From Aquificaceae bacterium (GTDB taxonomy: Bacteria > Aquificota > Aquificia > Aquificales > Aquificaceae): DNA of 35,593 bases. Under the pieces are notes generated by a model. It made no database searches. It saw nothing but the letters and a program-made list of their open reading frames with translations, and was not told the DNA's origin. The position numbers and the translations under genes were made by a program. The number at the start of each line of letters is the position of its first letter. The stretch's first letter is position 1. Below are positions 18,272 through 28,055 of the stretch, in pieces. The stretch is from assembly GCA_039630345.1 (NCBI GenBank), contig JBCNVD010000018.1, forward strand, positions 1 to 35,593. Reading direction: 5' to 3'.

Positions 18272-18856
18272 ATGAATCAGGAAAAGGTGGTTGTATTTAT
18301 AGATGGCTCAAATCTCTTCCATGCAATAAGGCAAATGAATATCAAAATTGACTATCAAAAACTCGTTGATTTTCTCAAGGAAGACAGAAGATTGATAAGG
18401 GCTTATTTCTATAGTGCCATACCTCAGGAGAAGGATTTAAAGCGCGAAAGCCCTGAGTGGGAAAGCCTTCAGCGTCAAAAGAGGTTCCTGGATGAGCTTT
18501 CGCTCCTTGGCATAAAGGTAAAAATCGCAAGACTAAGGAGACTAAACTCCGGCGAATTTATCGAAAAGGAAGTTGATGTGATGCTTGCTACTGATATGCT
18601 TAGCCTCGCCTATAACGGGGTTTACGATACTGCAATTCTGGTAAGTGGTGACTCGGATTTTTCGTATACAGTCGAAGACATTCAGCGCATAGGCAAGAGG
18701 GTAGAGAACGCAAGTTTCAGGAAAATAAGCTCTTTTCAACTAAGAAAAGTCTGCGATAGGTTTGTCTTGCTTGATGAATATTTAGATAGATTCGTGGTGG
18801 AGGAAAGTCAAAGCCAGAGTATCTGGAACAAAATCTCAAAGCTGTGGCGAAAATAG
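18272..18856 (+). CDS. NYN domain (LabA/DUF88, PIN-like) protein
   Basis: VFIDGSNL, EKEVDVMLATDML, ILVSGDSDF, GKRV and LRKVCDRF. Confidence 0.9.
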   Translation: MNQEKVVVFIDGSNLFHAIRQMNIKIDYQKLVDFLKEDRRLIRAYFYSAIPQEKDLKRESPEWESLQRQKRFLDELSLLGIKVKIARLRRLNSGEFIEKEVDVMLATDMLSLAYNGVYDTAILVSGDSDFSYTVEDIQRIGKRVENASFRKISSFQLRKVCDRFVLLDEYLDRFVVEESQSQSIWNKISKLWRK

Positions 18857-19794
18857 ACAAAGTCTTTAGCGTAAAAACGCAGGTAAGTGATTGTGTAAAA
18901 GGCTTTGAATGTATTCAAAATTTAAACACTGACTGCATTGTAGCGGTAGGAAACTTTGATGGACTTCATATTGGACACAAAAAACTTCTAAATTCAGCGC
19001 TTAAAGAAGCCAGATTGTCAGGCTTGCCCCTCGTGGTACTTAGTTTTTTGCCACATCCTGCAAGATACTTAAAAAAAGAGCATTGCTATGTAGTGCCACA
19101 GAGACAAAAACTCGAGCTATTAACTCAAAGCGGGGCACTTGTTTGTTTGCTTAGATTTAACCAAAAGCTTAAAGATACATCGCCTGAAGATTTTATAAAC
19201 TCTGTCCTTAAAAACGCCCTGAATGCAAAAACGCTGGTGGTTGGTAAAAACTGGCGCTTTGGCAAAGATGCTCTTGGTAATCCGGATTTGGTAAAACGCC
19301 TTGGCATAAGGGTTCTTGAGGTAGATTTACTTAGGATAAATCAAACTCAGGTTAGCAGCAGTCTCTTAAGAACCTATCTCTCACAGGGGGATTTAGATAG
19401 CGCAAGAGCCTTGCTTGGCAGACCTTATGAGGTTTGGGGAAAGGTCGTAAGAGGTCAGGGTCTTGGCTCAAAAATTGGCTTTCCAACTGCCAACATAAGC
19501 GGAACTCACAGCCTTTGCTTAAAAGAAGGGGTTTATGTCGTTGTTTCTGAGGATGGGCTTTTGGGTCTTGCAAACTTTGGAAAAAGACCCACTGTAGGGG
19601 GACTTTCTAAAAGACTTGAGGTGCACTTTCCTGATTTTTCTGGCTCTTTTGAGGGCAAGGTTTTAAAACTCAGATTTGAGAAGTTTTTAAGACCTCAGAT
19701 AAGGTTCTCAAGTCTTGAGGAACTGAGGGAGCAAATCTCCAAGGATTTGCTGATTTTGAGAGATTTTGCGCCTAAAAGGCGCGTTTATGAATAA
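18844..19794 (+). CDS. ribF: Riboflavin kinase/FAD synthetase
   Basis: GNFDGLHIGH, SSSLLR, GFPTAN, GKRPT and LEVH. Exact start is uncertain. Confidence 0.93.
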   Translation: MAKIDKVFSVKTQVSDCVKGFECIQNLNTDCIVAVGNFDGLHIGHKKLLNSALKEARLSGLPLVVLSFLPHPARYLKKEHCYVVPQRQKLELLTQSGALVCLLRFNQKLKDTSPEDFINSVLKNALNAKTLVVGKNWRFGKDALGNPDLVKRLGIRVLEVDLLRINQTQVSSSLLRTYLSQGDLDSARALLGRPYEVWGKVVRGQGLGSKIGFPTANISGTHSLCLKEGVYVVVSEDGLLGLANFGKRPTVGGLSKRLEVHFPDFSGSFEGKVLKLRFEKFLRPQIRFSSLEELREQISKDLLILRDFAPKRRVYE

Positions 19795-20045
19795 ATACAG
19801 ATAATCTTCCCATCTTCTGTTAGAGCAAAAGAGCGAGAGAGCTGGTCTTTTATGCCTTTTTTGTTTTCGATAAAGTCTATAAGCCCTTTTGGTTCACCGT
19901 GGGTTTTTAAAATGTGAGTTAGCTCCTGGCCGTTATCAAACTTTATGATAACCTCAAGGCAATAAAATTTTGAGGCCTCTCCTTCATTGCACCTCTTTAT
20001 CTGCCCAACGACGATTATTTCCTGGCTCTTGGCAACTATCCTCAC
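19785..20045 (-). CDS. Hypothetical protein (86 aa)
   Basis: In-frame GTG at 20045, 9 nt after a minus-strand TATAAT. The longer track ORF (to 20237) is antisense to argH. Confidence 0.55.
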   Translation of the reverse strand: MRIVAKSQEIIVVGQIKRCNEGEASKFYCLEVIIKFDNGQELTHILKTHGEPKGLIDFIENKKGIKDQLSRSFALTEDGKIICIYS

Positions 20046-20067
20046 TGAAGCGTTATTATAAACTTCT

Positions 20068-21444
20068 ATGCAAAAACCTTGGGCGGGAAGATTCAGCGAA
20101 AGCACCTTGCCTTTTGTCGAGGAGTTTACGCAGTCCATAGACTTTGATTGGCGACTTGCCAGGTTTGATATTCTCCAGAGCATGGCGCATGTAAAAACAC
20201 TCGAAAAGGCAGGGGTTTTGACCCCTGAAGAGTCCATTAAGCTCTATCAAGGGCTCGAGGGACTTCTTAAGGCACTTGAGGGGGGGAATTTATTGCCTGA
20301 CAAATCTCTTGAGGATGTTCATATGAATATCGAAGCCGCGCTTACGCGCGAAATTGGTCAGCTTGGCAAAAAGCTCCACACAGGGCGCTCAAGAAACGAC
20401 CAGGTCGTTTGTGATGTAAGACTCTTTCTAAAAGAGGAGCTACAAAACATCATTTCAGAGCTAAAATCCCTTAGAAAAACCCTTGTTTTACTGGCCAGAG
20501 AGCATATAAATACCATCGCTCCATCTTACACTCATCTGCAGCACGCCCAGCCTATAAGACTCTCTCATTACTTTCTCTCCTTTCGCGAGGCTTTTTTATC
20601 TGACACTATAAGGTTTATAAACGCCTACAGGAGCTGCGATGCTCTGGTTCTTGGCTCAGGCGCAGTAGCCGGGGTTGACTTTGAGCTAGATAGGTTCTAT
20701 ACCGCATCATTGCTTGGTTTTAACCGCGTTAGCAGAAACTCAATTCAGGCAACATCAGACAGGGACTTTTTGCTTGATTCTCTTTATGCCTGCGCCGTGT
20801 GTGGTATGCACCTATCCCGTATAGCGGAAGATATGATTATCTGGTCAAGTCAGGAGTTTGGCGTGCTTGAACTCCCTGATAGACTCTGCACCGGGAGCTC
20901 AATAATGCCACAGAAGAAAAACCCTGATGTTCTGGAACTCATAAGGGGCAAGACCTCAAGGCTTTATGCAAATTTGTTTAATGTTTTTGTTCTTCTAAAG
21001 GCTTTGCCAAGTGCATATAATAGAGACCTTCAGGAGGACAAAGAGCCTCTGTTTGATAGCCTTAAGACCACTCTTGATTGTATAAAGGCCCTTAACCTTA
21101 GCCTCGAGGGGGCAAAATTCAACAAAGCCCGCCTTTATGAACTCAGTCAGGATTTGAGTGTTATGACAGACCTTGCAAATTATCTTGTCAGGAAAGGTGT
21201 TAGCTTTAGAGCTGCACATGAAATTGTTGGTAAAATCTGTGCAAAGGTTTTATCCAGCGGTATTTCGCTAAAAGACATCTCTATTGATATGCTAAAGAGT
21301 TTTGACCAAAGATTTGAAGAGGATGTTTTGAGATTTTTAAAGCCTGAAAATTGTGCCGATGCCAGAATAACTTTTGGCTCAACTGGCATTTCAGCTCTTG
21401 AAAAAGCCCTTGAAAATGCCATGCGCGAGGAGGGTATATCGTGA
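20068..21444 (+). CDS. argH: Argininosuccinate lyase
   Basis: WAGRF, HTGRSRNDQV, YTHLQHAQP, GSSIMPQKKNPD and YNRDLQEDK. Confidence 0.96.
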   Translation: MQKPWAGRFSESTLPFVEEFTQSIDFDWRLARFDILQSMAHVKTLEKAGVLTPEESIKLYQGLEGLLKALEGGNLLPDKSLEDVHMNIEAALTREIGQLGKKLHTGRSRNDQVVCDVRLFLKEELQNIISELKSLRKTLVLLAREHINTIAPSYTHLQHAQPIRLSHYFLSFREAFLSDTIRFINAYRSCDALVLGSGAVAGVDFELDRFYTASLLGFNRVSRNSIQATSDRDFLLDSLYACAVCGMHLSRIAEDMIIWSSQEFGVLELPDRLCTGSSIMPQKKNPDVLELIRGKTSRLYANLFNVFVLLKALPSAYNRDLQEDKEPLFDSLKTTLDCIKALNLSLEGAKFNKARLYELSQDLSVMTDLANYLVRKGVSFRAAHEIVGKICAKVLSSGISLKDISIDMLKSFDQRFEEDVLRFLKPENCADARITFGSTGISALEKALENAMREEGIS

Positions 21445-21656
21445 AGTTAACCTTATGGGTCATCACCCTTCTGATTCTTGCAGGTATCCTGGGGACTGGG
21501 GTTTTTTTAAACCCGCAGGTTGTTAGAATTGTCCTTACTCCAGCTTTTGATGGGGTTTATTACTATGTTGAGCTTCCTCTTGGTGTTGCAGTTTTTGGCG
21601 GTATGGTCTTTGGTGCTTTTGTGGGCTATATCTTAAATTCTCTCTGGCGATTGTAA
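21441..21656 (+). CDS. Small two-TM membrane protein (LapA/DUF1049-like)
   Basis: TM-N.Q.V.I-linker-LPLG..VFG....GA..G pattern; GTGA overlap with argH. Confidence 0.55.
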   Translation: MKLTLWVITLLILAGILGTGVFLNPQVVRIVLTPAFDGVYYYVELPLGVAVFGGMVFGAFVGYILNSLWRL

Positions 21657-21670
21657 TATAATTTTGCAAA

Positions 21671-23353
21671 ATGCATTCAGTAGGTGTGGTTCTTGGTACA
21701 AAGCCTTCAAACCCGCTTGAGTTCTGGATAGGCATTGAATCAGATGATATTTTAGAGCTTGACCAGATAGTTTTCGTGGTATCAAAAGCCAAAGATAAAG
21801 AGTATTTCTTCTATGCCGTTGTTGCTGAGGTTTCAAAATATTTCGAAGGTGTCGAGCTTGTGCTTGATGCCCAGCTTGCAACAAATGGAGTAATACCAGT
21901 TAATATTGCCCACATAGCAAAAGCTAACGTTATAAGAGTTGAGCCAGAGGCATTTTTTGCGCCATCTCCGGGCGATAAAGTTTATATAGCCACCGATGAT
22001 CACTTAAAGAAGGCAATTTATGTAGACCAGATGAGGGCAAAGTTTCCCGCAGGCGTTGATAGATTCGGAAATGTCATATACGCAAACTTAAACTTCGTCA
22101 ACGGAAAAGAAGGGGCGCACATTAGCATCTCCGGAATGTCGGGAGTGGCGACCAAAACCTCTTACGCCCTTTTCCTGCTATATTCGATTCTCTCAACCGT
22201 TGAAGACCGCTCTGGAGTAGGGACTCTTATTTTCAATGTAAAGGGTAAAGACCTTTTGTGGCTTGATAAAAAAAACAAAAACATAAGAGAAGAAGACCGC
22301 AAGCTATATAGGTTAATGGGTCTAGAACCTAAACCATTTAAAGATGTCGAGTTTTATTGCCCGCCTCATCCTTCTTCCAGAGGCTTGCCGGATTCAAACA
22401 GATTTGATAAGAATGTAAAGACCTTTTGCTGGAGTATGCAAGACTTTGCCCGGGAGGGATTGATAAGATTTATGTTCACGGAGGGTCTCGAAGGTTCTTC
22501 CAACCTTCACTATGTTATAGACAGAGTTGCAAACAGACTCTACGAGCTTGCGGAAAGTAGTTCTAAGGATGACTTAGGTAATAGACTTATAGGCAAAGAC
22601 GGCAGGGATATAGAAACTCTTGAAGATTTGCTGCAGAGACTGAAAAATGCAATATCAGAAAAAGAGGAGGCAAAAAGCAGAGAAACCACGGACGACTATC
22701 GCTACTGGTTTGGTGATGCGTCTTTACAGACTGTCTATGCCTTTATGAGAAGGTTTACTAGAGCCTGCCACTACATTTCGCATTTTGTAGGAGTTAATGA
22801 AACTCAAAGTCCTGAAGTAAGCGGTGGCAGGATAGAGGTAGTTGATATAAGCTCGCTCCATAGTCTTGCCAAGATGTTTGTCGTTGGCGCAATTTTGAGA
22901 AGGCTTTTCAGGGAAAAAGAGCTCAGGACAAGTCCAGAACCGAGAATTTTCGTAGTGCTTGACGAGCTTAATAAATACGCTCCAAAAGAGGGTTGGAGCC
23001 CTCTTAAGGATATCCTTCTGGATATAGCAGAGCGCGGAAGGAGCCTTGGGATTATTTTAATTGGCGCACAACAAACCGCAAGCGAGGTAGAGAAGCGCAT
23101 AGTTGCCAACTGTGCTATAAAGGTAGTTGGCAGGATGGACCCTTCGGAACTTGCAAGCAAAGAGTATGACTTTTTAACCGGAGGCTTTAGAAGGCGCGCT
23201 CTTCTTCTTAAAAAAGGGAGCATGGTGCTATATCAGCCGGATGTTCCCAGTCCCTTGCTTGTGAGATTTCCAATGCCCGCTTGGGCAACAAGACAGGAAG
23301 AGGTGGAGGATGAGATTACTGTTCCAGATAGTTTTAATTACTTTGGTTCTTAG
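21671..23353 (+). CDS. HerA/FtsK-superfamily ATPase with N-terminal HAS barrel
   Basis: HISISGMSGVATKTS (variant Walker A), IFNVKG.D, VVLDELNKYAP, ERGRSLG and GAQQ. Confidence 0.85.
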   Translation: MHSVGVVLGTKPSNPLEFWIGIESDDILELDQIVFVVSKAKDKEYFFYAVVAEVSKYFEGVELVLDAQLATNGVIPVNIAHIAKANVIRVEPEAFFAPSPGDKVYIATDDHLKKAIYVDQMRAKFPAGVDRFGNVIYANLNFVNGKEGAHISISGMSGVATKTSYALFLLYSILSTVEDRSGVGTLIFNVKGKDLLWLDKKNKNIREEDRKLYRLMGLEPKPFKDVEFYCPPHPSSRGLPDSNRFDKNVKTFCWSMQDFAREGLIRFMFTEGLEGSSNLHYVIDRVANRLYELAESSSKDDLGNRLIGKDGRDIETLEDLLQRLKNAISEKEEAKSRETTDDYRYWFGDASLQTVYAFMRRFTRACHYISHFVGVNETQSPEVSGGRIEVVDISSLHSLAKMFVVGAILRRLFREKELRTSPEPRIFVVLDELNKYAPKEGWSPLKDILLDIAERGRSLGIILIGAQQTASEVEKRIVANCAIKVVGRMDPSELASKEYDFLTGGFRRRALLLKKGSMVLYQPDVPSPLLVRFPMPAWATRQEEVEDEITVPDSFNYFGS

Positions 23354-24524
23354 TTTTCCGACCTTTGGAAGGTTAGTTACTTCCAGAGTTGGAGATTACG
23401 AAGACAAAAAGCGTGTTGTTTTTGAGTTTTCCACGCAGGTTCAATATAAAGCCTTCACTCTGGAAAACCCAAAGAGGCTGGTGATAGACATATTTTCAGA
23501 TTTGGATAAGTCTAAAATTCCTCCCGGCGTAAGAGTGGGCAGGCATTCAGGTTTTACCCGTCTTGTTTTTGAGGGTGATTTTTCCCAGGTCAAGGTCTTT
23601 TCTCTCCAGGAACCTTATCGTATAGTTATTGATTTATACAAAGCTATTGAAAAAACTGCGCCTGAGGTTTCTGAAGATGATGAGATACTTGCAATCATAG
23701 AGCCCTCTATTGTAAAAATCATCCGCCAGGAGACAAGTAAGACAGAAAAACCAAGGATAGTGAGTGAAGTTAGCTCCTCGCGTGTTATTTCTCAAAGAAG
23801 ACTCATAGTTATAGACCCAGGTCATGGAGGGCACGATCCCGGTGCTATGGGGGTCAACGGTCTTAAGGAAAAGGACCTGGTTTTGGATATAGCAAAAAAA
23901 CTTGCAGAGCTACTTAAAAAAGATGGGCGCTTTAAAGTGGTTTTAACAAGAGAGAGTGATGTTTTTATACCTCTGGAAGAGCGCTCAAGAATAGCTCTTA
24001 GAAACCGGGCGGACTTATTTATAAGTATCCACGCGGACGCCGCGCCTGATCGCTCGCCATATGCAAGAGGGAGCACCCTCTTTGCCATTTCTTCAGAAGC
24101 TGCGATGCGCAAAAAACGCCAGATAGTAAACAGCGACTCTTATGCCTCTTTAGTTCTTGGTAATGCAAGCTTTTCTGTCCCTGCGAGATTGGCCCTTGCA
24201 GACCTTGCCATAGATGTTACCCTCTATGAAGGGTATAATTTTGCTAAGCTTACTGCAAACACCGTTAGAAAAAGACTATCGCGTGAGGTACATTTCAGGG
24301 GCATAAAAAGAGCGGGCTTTGCGGTTTTGAAAACCCCCGGGATTCCTTCTGTGCTCGTTGAAGTTGGTTTTATAACAAACCCTATGGAGGCAACCCTGAT
24401 GGCTCAGGAAGAATTTCAGGATGAGTTTGCAAAGGCTCTTTACCATTCAGTGGTTCAATACTTTTTCCCGCAAAGGGATGTCAAGAGAGGCCCAAAATCT
24501 TATGTAGCTGAAGAAGCACCCTGA
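23310..24524 (+). CDS. N-acetylmuramoyl-L-alanine amidase (AMIN + Amidase_3)
   Basis: Signal peptide, AMIN-like L.NP.RLVID twice, IDPGHGGHDPGA, EK..VL, FISIHAD and SVLVEVGFITN. Confidence 0.92.
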   Translation: MRLLFQIVLITLVLSFPTFGRLVTSRVGDYEDKKRVVFEFSTQVQYKAFTLENPKRLVIDIFSDLDKSKIPPGVRVGRHSGFTRLVFEGDFSQVKVFSLQEPYRIVIDLYKAIEKTAPEVSEDDEILAIIEPSIVKIIRQETSKTEKPRIVSEVSSSRVISQRRLIVIDPGHGGHDPGAMGVNGLKEKDLVLDIAKKLAELLKKDGRFKVVLTRESDVFIPLEERSRIALRNRADLFISIHADAAPDRSPYARGSTLFAISSEAAMRKKRQIVNSDSYASLVLGNASFSVPARLALADLAIDVTLYEGYNFAKLTANTVRKRLSREVHFRGIKRAGFAVLKTPGIPSVLVEVGFITNPMEATLMAQEEFQDEFAKALYHSVVQYFFPQRDVKRGPKSYVAEEAP

Positions 24525-25128
24525 CGTTGTATCCAAGAGCGCTAAGATCTCTTGCAAGCTCCTGGGCTTTTATTAAAAATTCCTCTTTATTGCTCTCTGG
24601 CTGAAGAGTGGTTCTAAAGTCCAGGTATTTTTTAAACTCTTCTCTTAGCAAAACCGAGAGAGTTAGTTTTCTATCCACTACAAACTTTAGTTCAAAGAGG
24701 TTTTTAAGAACTTCCTTATGCACTTGCCAGTCTGCAGAAGGTTTTGGAGAGCATGTTATAAAGAGCCCTTCAAGACTTTCAAGACCGTTTTGCCACAAAG
24801 TGCCGTTGGTTTCAATTTGCACCGTGTGACCTTCCTTTAAAAGAGCTCTCACCAACTCAGGAAGACCTTCATGTGCCATTGGCTCTCCGCCGGTGATTAT
24901 CACATGCTTTATGCCCCTTGCTTCCTCAACTAATTCACAGATGCTTTTGAGATTGTTTTTAGTAAATTCCAGAGAAGACTCCTGGTCGCACCAGCTACAT
25001 CTTAGATTACAGCCCTGAAGCCTTATAAAAAGCGCCGGCACGCCCGATAAAAGCCCTTCGCCCTGAAAAGACCTGTATATTTCAGAGATGCTCAGAGCTG
25101 TGCCTGTTCTAGCTTTATCTCGTAGCAT
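24481..25128 (-). CDS. queE: 7-carboxy-7-deazaguanine synthase (radical SAM)
   Basis: EIYRSFQGEG, FIRLQGCNLRCSWCD, TGGEP, IETNGT, SPK and QLHK. Confidence 0.9.
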   Translation of the reverse strand: MLRDKARTGTALSISEIYRSFQGEGLLSGVPALFIRLQGCNLRCSWCDQESSLEFTKNNLKSICELVEEARGIKHVIITGGEPMAHEGLPELVRALLKEGHTVQIETNGTLWQNGLESLEGLFITCSPKPSADWQVHKEVLKNLFELKFVVDRKLTLSVLLREEFKKYLDFRTTLQPESNKEEFLIKAQELARDLSALGYNVRVLLQLHKILGLS

Positions 25129-27299
25129 TCTATAATGTCGCCTACTTTAATGTCGTTAAAGTCTTTTACTTTAATACCGCACTCAAAGCCTTTGCTTAGC
25201 TCATTTACGTCCTCTTTAAAGTGTTTAAGGCTTTCAATTTTTCCGTCAAAGATAACTATCCCGTCTCTTACAACTCTTGCACGCGCATTTCTCAGGATTT
25301 TACCTTCGGCTATGTAACAACCCGCAACAGTTCCGACACCTTTGATTTTGAAAGTTGCCCTTACCTGCGCACTTCCGTGGAAGACCTCTCTCTGAATAGG
25401 CTTTAGCATGCCCATAAGGGCTTTTTTCACATCTTCTATCGCTTCGTAGATGATTGAATATAGCCTTACATCAACGCCTTCTTTTTCTGAAGCCTCTCTT
25501 GCCTTGGTATCCGGGCGGACATTAAAACCAACAACTATAGCTTCAGCCGCCTTTGCAAGCATAATATCGTTTTCGCTAACAGAGCCAACATCTGAGTGGA
25601 TTATCCTTATTCCTACCTGCTCGCTTGAGAGCTCTGTAAGCGACTTTTTAAGAGCTTCTATAGAGCCTATGGTGTCTGCTTTTATGATAATTCTGAGTTC
25701 TTTGCTCTTGCCCTCCTGAATTCTTTTAAATACTTCTTCAAGGGATATGCCTTTTGACAGCTTTTGCGAGAGCTCTCTCTTTAGTTTTCTTTGCTCTGCT
25801 ATGAGTCTTGCTTCTCTTTCTTCTTTGGTGACTTTTAGCTGGTCTCCTGCATCCGGGAGCTCTTCAAAGCCAAGCACCTCCACAGGTGTCGAAGGCCCTG
25901 CGCTCTTTATTGGTTTTCCTCTGTCGTCAAACATCGCCCTTACCTTACCAAAGGCACAGCCTGCGACGACAGGGTCTCCTACCTTTAAAGTTCCATCCTG
26001 GACTATTACGCTAACTGTGGGACCTCTCTGGCGGTCAAGCTTTGATTCTATGACAGTTCCATAAGCAGGGACATCCGGGTTTGCCTTTAGCTCTAAAAGC
26101 TCTGCAACTATCAGAATGTATTCAAGAAGGCTATCGATATTCTGTCCTGTTTTGGCAGAAACATCCACAAAAACCGTATCTCCTCCCCACTCTTCCGGAA
26201 TTAGACCGTGCTCTGAGAGTTCTCTTCTGACCCTTTGTGGGTCTGCTTCGGGTTTATCTATTTTGTTAACCGCGACGATTATGGGCACATTGAAAGCCTT
26301 TGCGTGGTTTATTGCCTCAATAGTTTGTGGCATAACCCCATCATCTGCAGCAACCACAAGGACTGCTATGTCTGTGACCTGTGCGCCTCTGGCTCTTAGG
26401 GTTGTAAAAGCCTCGTGTCCGGGGGTGTCTAAGAAAGTTATCCTGCCCTTGCCGTTTAACTCAACCATCGATGCGCCAATATGCTGGGTTATTCCCCCCT
26501 TTTCTTTTTGCGCAACGCGCGTTTTTCTAATCGTATCAAGAAGGGTGGTTTTCCCGTGGTCCACATGACCCATAACGACCACTATAGGCGGGCGGAGCTC
26601 TTTGCCCTCTGAGGGTTTTTGAATCTCTTGCTCTTGTTCTTTTTCTTGCTTTATCTCTGCAAGAAACCCCATAGACTGGGCAATTTCAAGGGCTATCTGA
26701 GGGTCTATGTTTTGATTAATGGTTGCCAGAATGCCCTTCTTTAATAGCTCTGTCATTACCTGATTTGGGGGGGTGGAAAGGAGCTCTGAGAGCTCTCTGA
26801 CAGTTAAAATGGGCGGAATTTCAACTATTTTTAATTCCTCGGTTTGTTCTTGCTGGGGTTTTTCTTTTTTTGCATTTTGCTGTTGTAGTTTTTTGAGTAT
26901 TTGCTGTTCGTCCTTTTTGGGTTTTGTGAAGTTATTTTTTTCCTGCTCTTTTTCTTTTATTTGAACAGGTGGAGGTGCAGGTGGTGGCGGTGCGGGTTTT
27001 ATGGCTTTTGGCTTTGGCGTTTGCTGTTTTTGCTCTTGCTTTTGACTAACTGGATTTTTCTGAGCGGGTTGCACCTGAGGTTTTTGAGTTTGCTGTTTTT
27101 TCTGGGCTGGTTGTTCTTTATTTTGAGTCTTTTGCTGACTTTTGGCAGAGCCAAAGTGGTCGTATATCATCTGGAGCTCTTCTTCCTCTAAAGTGGAGAA
27201 GTTTTTCTTCTCTATTCCCCACTCTTTGAGGAAGTTTTTGATTTCCGAAACTGGCACTCCTATAGATTCCGCAACTTCTTGAAGCCTTGGTCTTGCCAT
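25092..27299 (-). CDS. infB: Translation initiation factor IF-2
   Basis: [41 protein letters not shown] and ECGI. Confidence 0.97.
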   Translation of the reverse strand: MARPRLQEVAESIGVPVSEIKNFLKEWGIEKKNFSTLEEEELQMIYDHFGSAKSQQKTQNKEQPAQKKQQTQKPQVQPAQKNPVSQKQEQKQQTPKPKAIKPAPPPPAPPPVQIKEKEQEKNNFTKPKKDEQQILKKLQQQNAKKEKPQQEQTEELKIVEIPPILTVRELSELLSTPPNQVMTELLKKGILATINQNIDPQIALEIAQSMGFLAEIKQEKEQEQEIQKPSEGKELRPPIVVVMGHVDHGKTTLLDTIRKTRVAQKEKGGITQHIGASMVELNGKGRITFLDTPGHEAFTTLRARGAQVTDIAVLVVAADDGVMPQTIEAINHAKAFNVPIIVAVNKIDKPEADPQRVRRELSEHGLIPEEWGGDTVFVDVSAKTGQNIDSLLEYILIVAELLELKANPDVPAYGTVIESKLDRQRGPTVSVIVQDGTLKVGDPVVAGCAFGKVRAMFDDRGKPIKSAGPSTPVEVLGFEELPDAGDQLKVTKEEREARLIAEQRKLKRELSQKLSKGISLEEVFKRIQEGKSKELRIIIKADTIGSIEALKKSLTELSSEQVGIRIIHSDVGSVSENDIMLAKAAEAIVVGFNVRPDTKAREASEKEGVDVRLYSIIYEAIEDVKKALMGMLKPIQREVFHGSAQVRATFKIKGVGTVAGCYIAEGKILRNARARVVRDGIVIFDGKIESLKHFKEDVNELSKGFECGIKVKDFNDIKVGDIIECYEIKLEQAQL

Positions 27300-27317
27300 C
27301 AATTATGATTATATTTA
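27300..27317. promoter_or_regulatory. Bidirectional overlapping -10 boxes (infB / GT2)
   Basis: Plus TATGAT 27304-27309 is 8 nt before ATG 27318. Minus TATAAT 27313-27308 is 8 nt before ATG 27299. Confidence 0.65.
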
Positions 27318-28055
27318 ATGCTCTCTCTTCTTGTTTGCGTGAAAGACCAGGAAGAGGCGATAAAGCGCGTCATAAATAGTGCAAAAGATATCGTAAGTGA
27401 GATAGTCGTTGTGGATTCTGGCTCAAAAGACGCCACTGTGGAAAATGCAAAAGCTCTCGGTGCAAAGGTGGTATTTAACCCATGGCAAGGCTATGCAAAC
27501 CAGCTAAATTTTGGAATAAACCTCTGCCAAAATAGCTGGATACTGATTCTGGACTCTGACGAGGAGCTCTCAGGCGAGCTAAGAGATAGCATCCAAAAAG
27601 AGCTTAAAAACCCCCGCTATGGGGCATATTATCTTTCTAGAAGGCCTTATTACCTGGGAAAGTTTTTAAACCACGGCTGGTATCCAGAGTGGAGACTTAG
27701 ACTTTTCAAAAAAGGTAGCGTGGTTTTTGAAGGCAAAGTTCACGAAAAGCCAATAGTTTCCACAAAAACCGGCAAGCTAAAAGGAGATATATATCACTTT
27801 TCTTTCAAAGACCTTAAAGAACAATACGAAAAAAACCTCAGATATGCTCATTTGATGGCTATTGAGATGAAATCCTCTGGAAAAAAATTCAGGTTTTGGA
27901 ACTTAATTTTTAACCCTTTTTGGCACTTCTTTAAAGTTTACTTTTTAAAACTTGGATTTATGGATGGCACTCGCGGTTTTCTTGCCGCATCCTCCGGAAG
28001 TATATATACATTTTTAAAGTATAAGTTTCTCTATGAACTCGAAAGAACTCTATAG
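27318..28055 (+). CDS. Glycosyltransferase family 2 (WaaE/KdtX-like)
   Basis: VVVDSGSKD.T, WQGYANQ.N, ILDSDE, GWYP..RLRLF, VHE and LGFMDG.RGF. Confidence 0.88.
   Translation: MLSLLVCVKDQEEAIKRVINSAKDIVSEIVVVDSGSKDATVENAKALGAKVVFNPWQGYANQLNFGINLCQNSWILILDSDEELSGELRDSIQKELKNPRYGAYYLSRRPYYLGKFLNHGWYPEWRLRLFKKGSVVFEGKVHEKPIVSTKTGKLKGDIYHFSFKDLKEQYEKNLRYAHLMAIEMKSSGKKFRFWNLIFNPFWHFFKVYFLKLGFMDGTRGFLAASSGSIYTFLKYKFLYELERTL

Noticed and set aside
12814..23353. Sir2 + HerA as an anti-phage pair
   Set aside because: The genes are 8 kb apart. The sirtuin is a canonical Zn-binding CobB deacylase, not a defence SIR2 NADase.
24481..25128. queE as part of a Dpd DNA-modification system
   Set aside because: No dpdA/tgt paralog or other dpd genes nearby. 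It is coupled to infB, consistent with ordinary queuosine synthesis.
26850..27150. Low-complexity Q/K/P-rich repeats
   Set aside because: This is the normal variable linker of the IF-2 N-terminus. The resemblance to the Hfq-like N-tail is compositional only.
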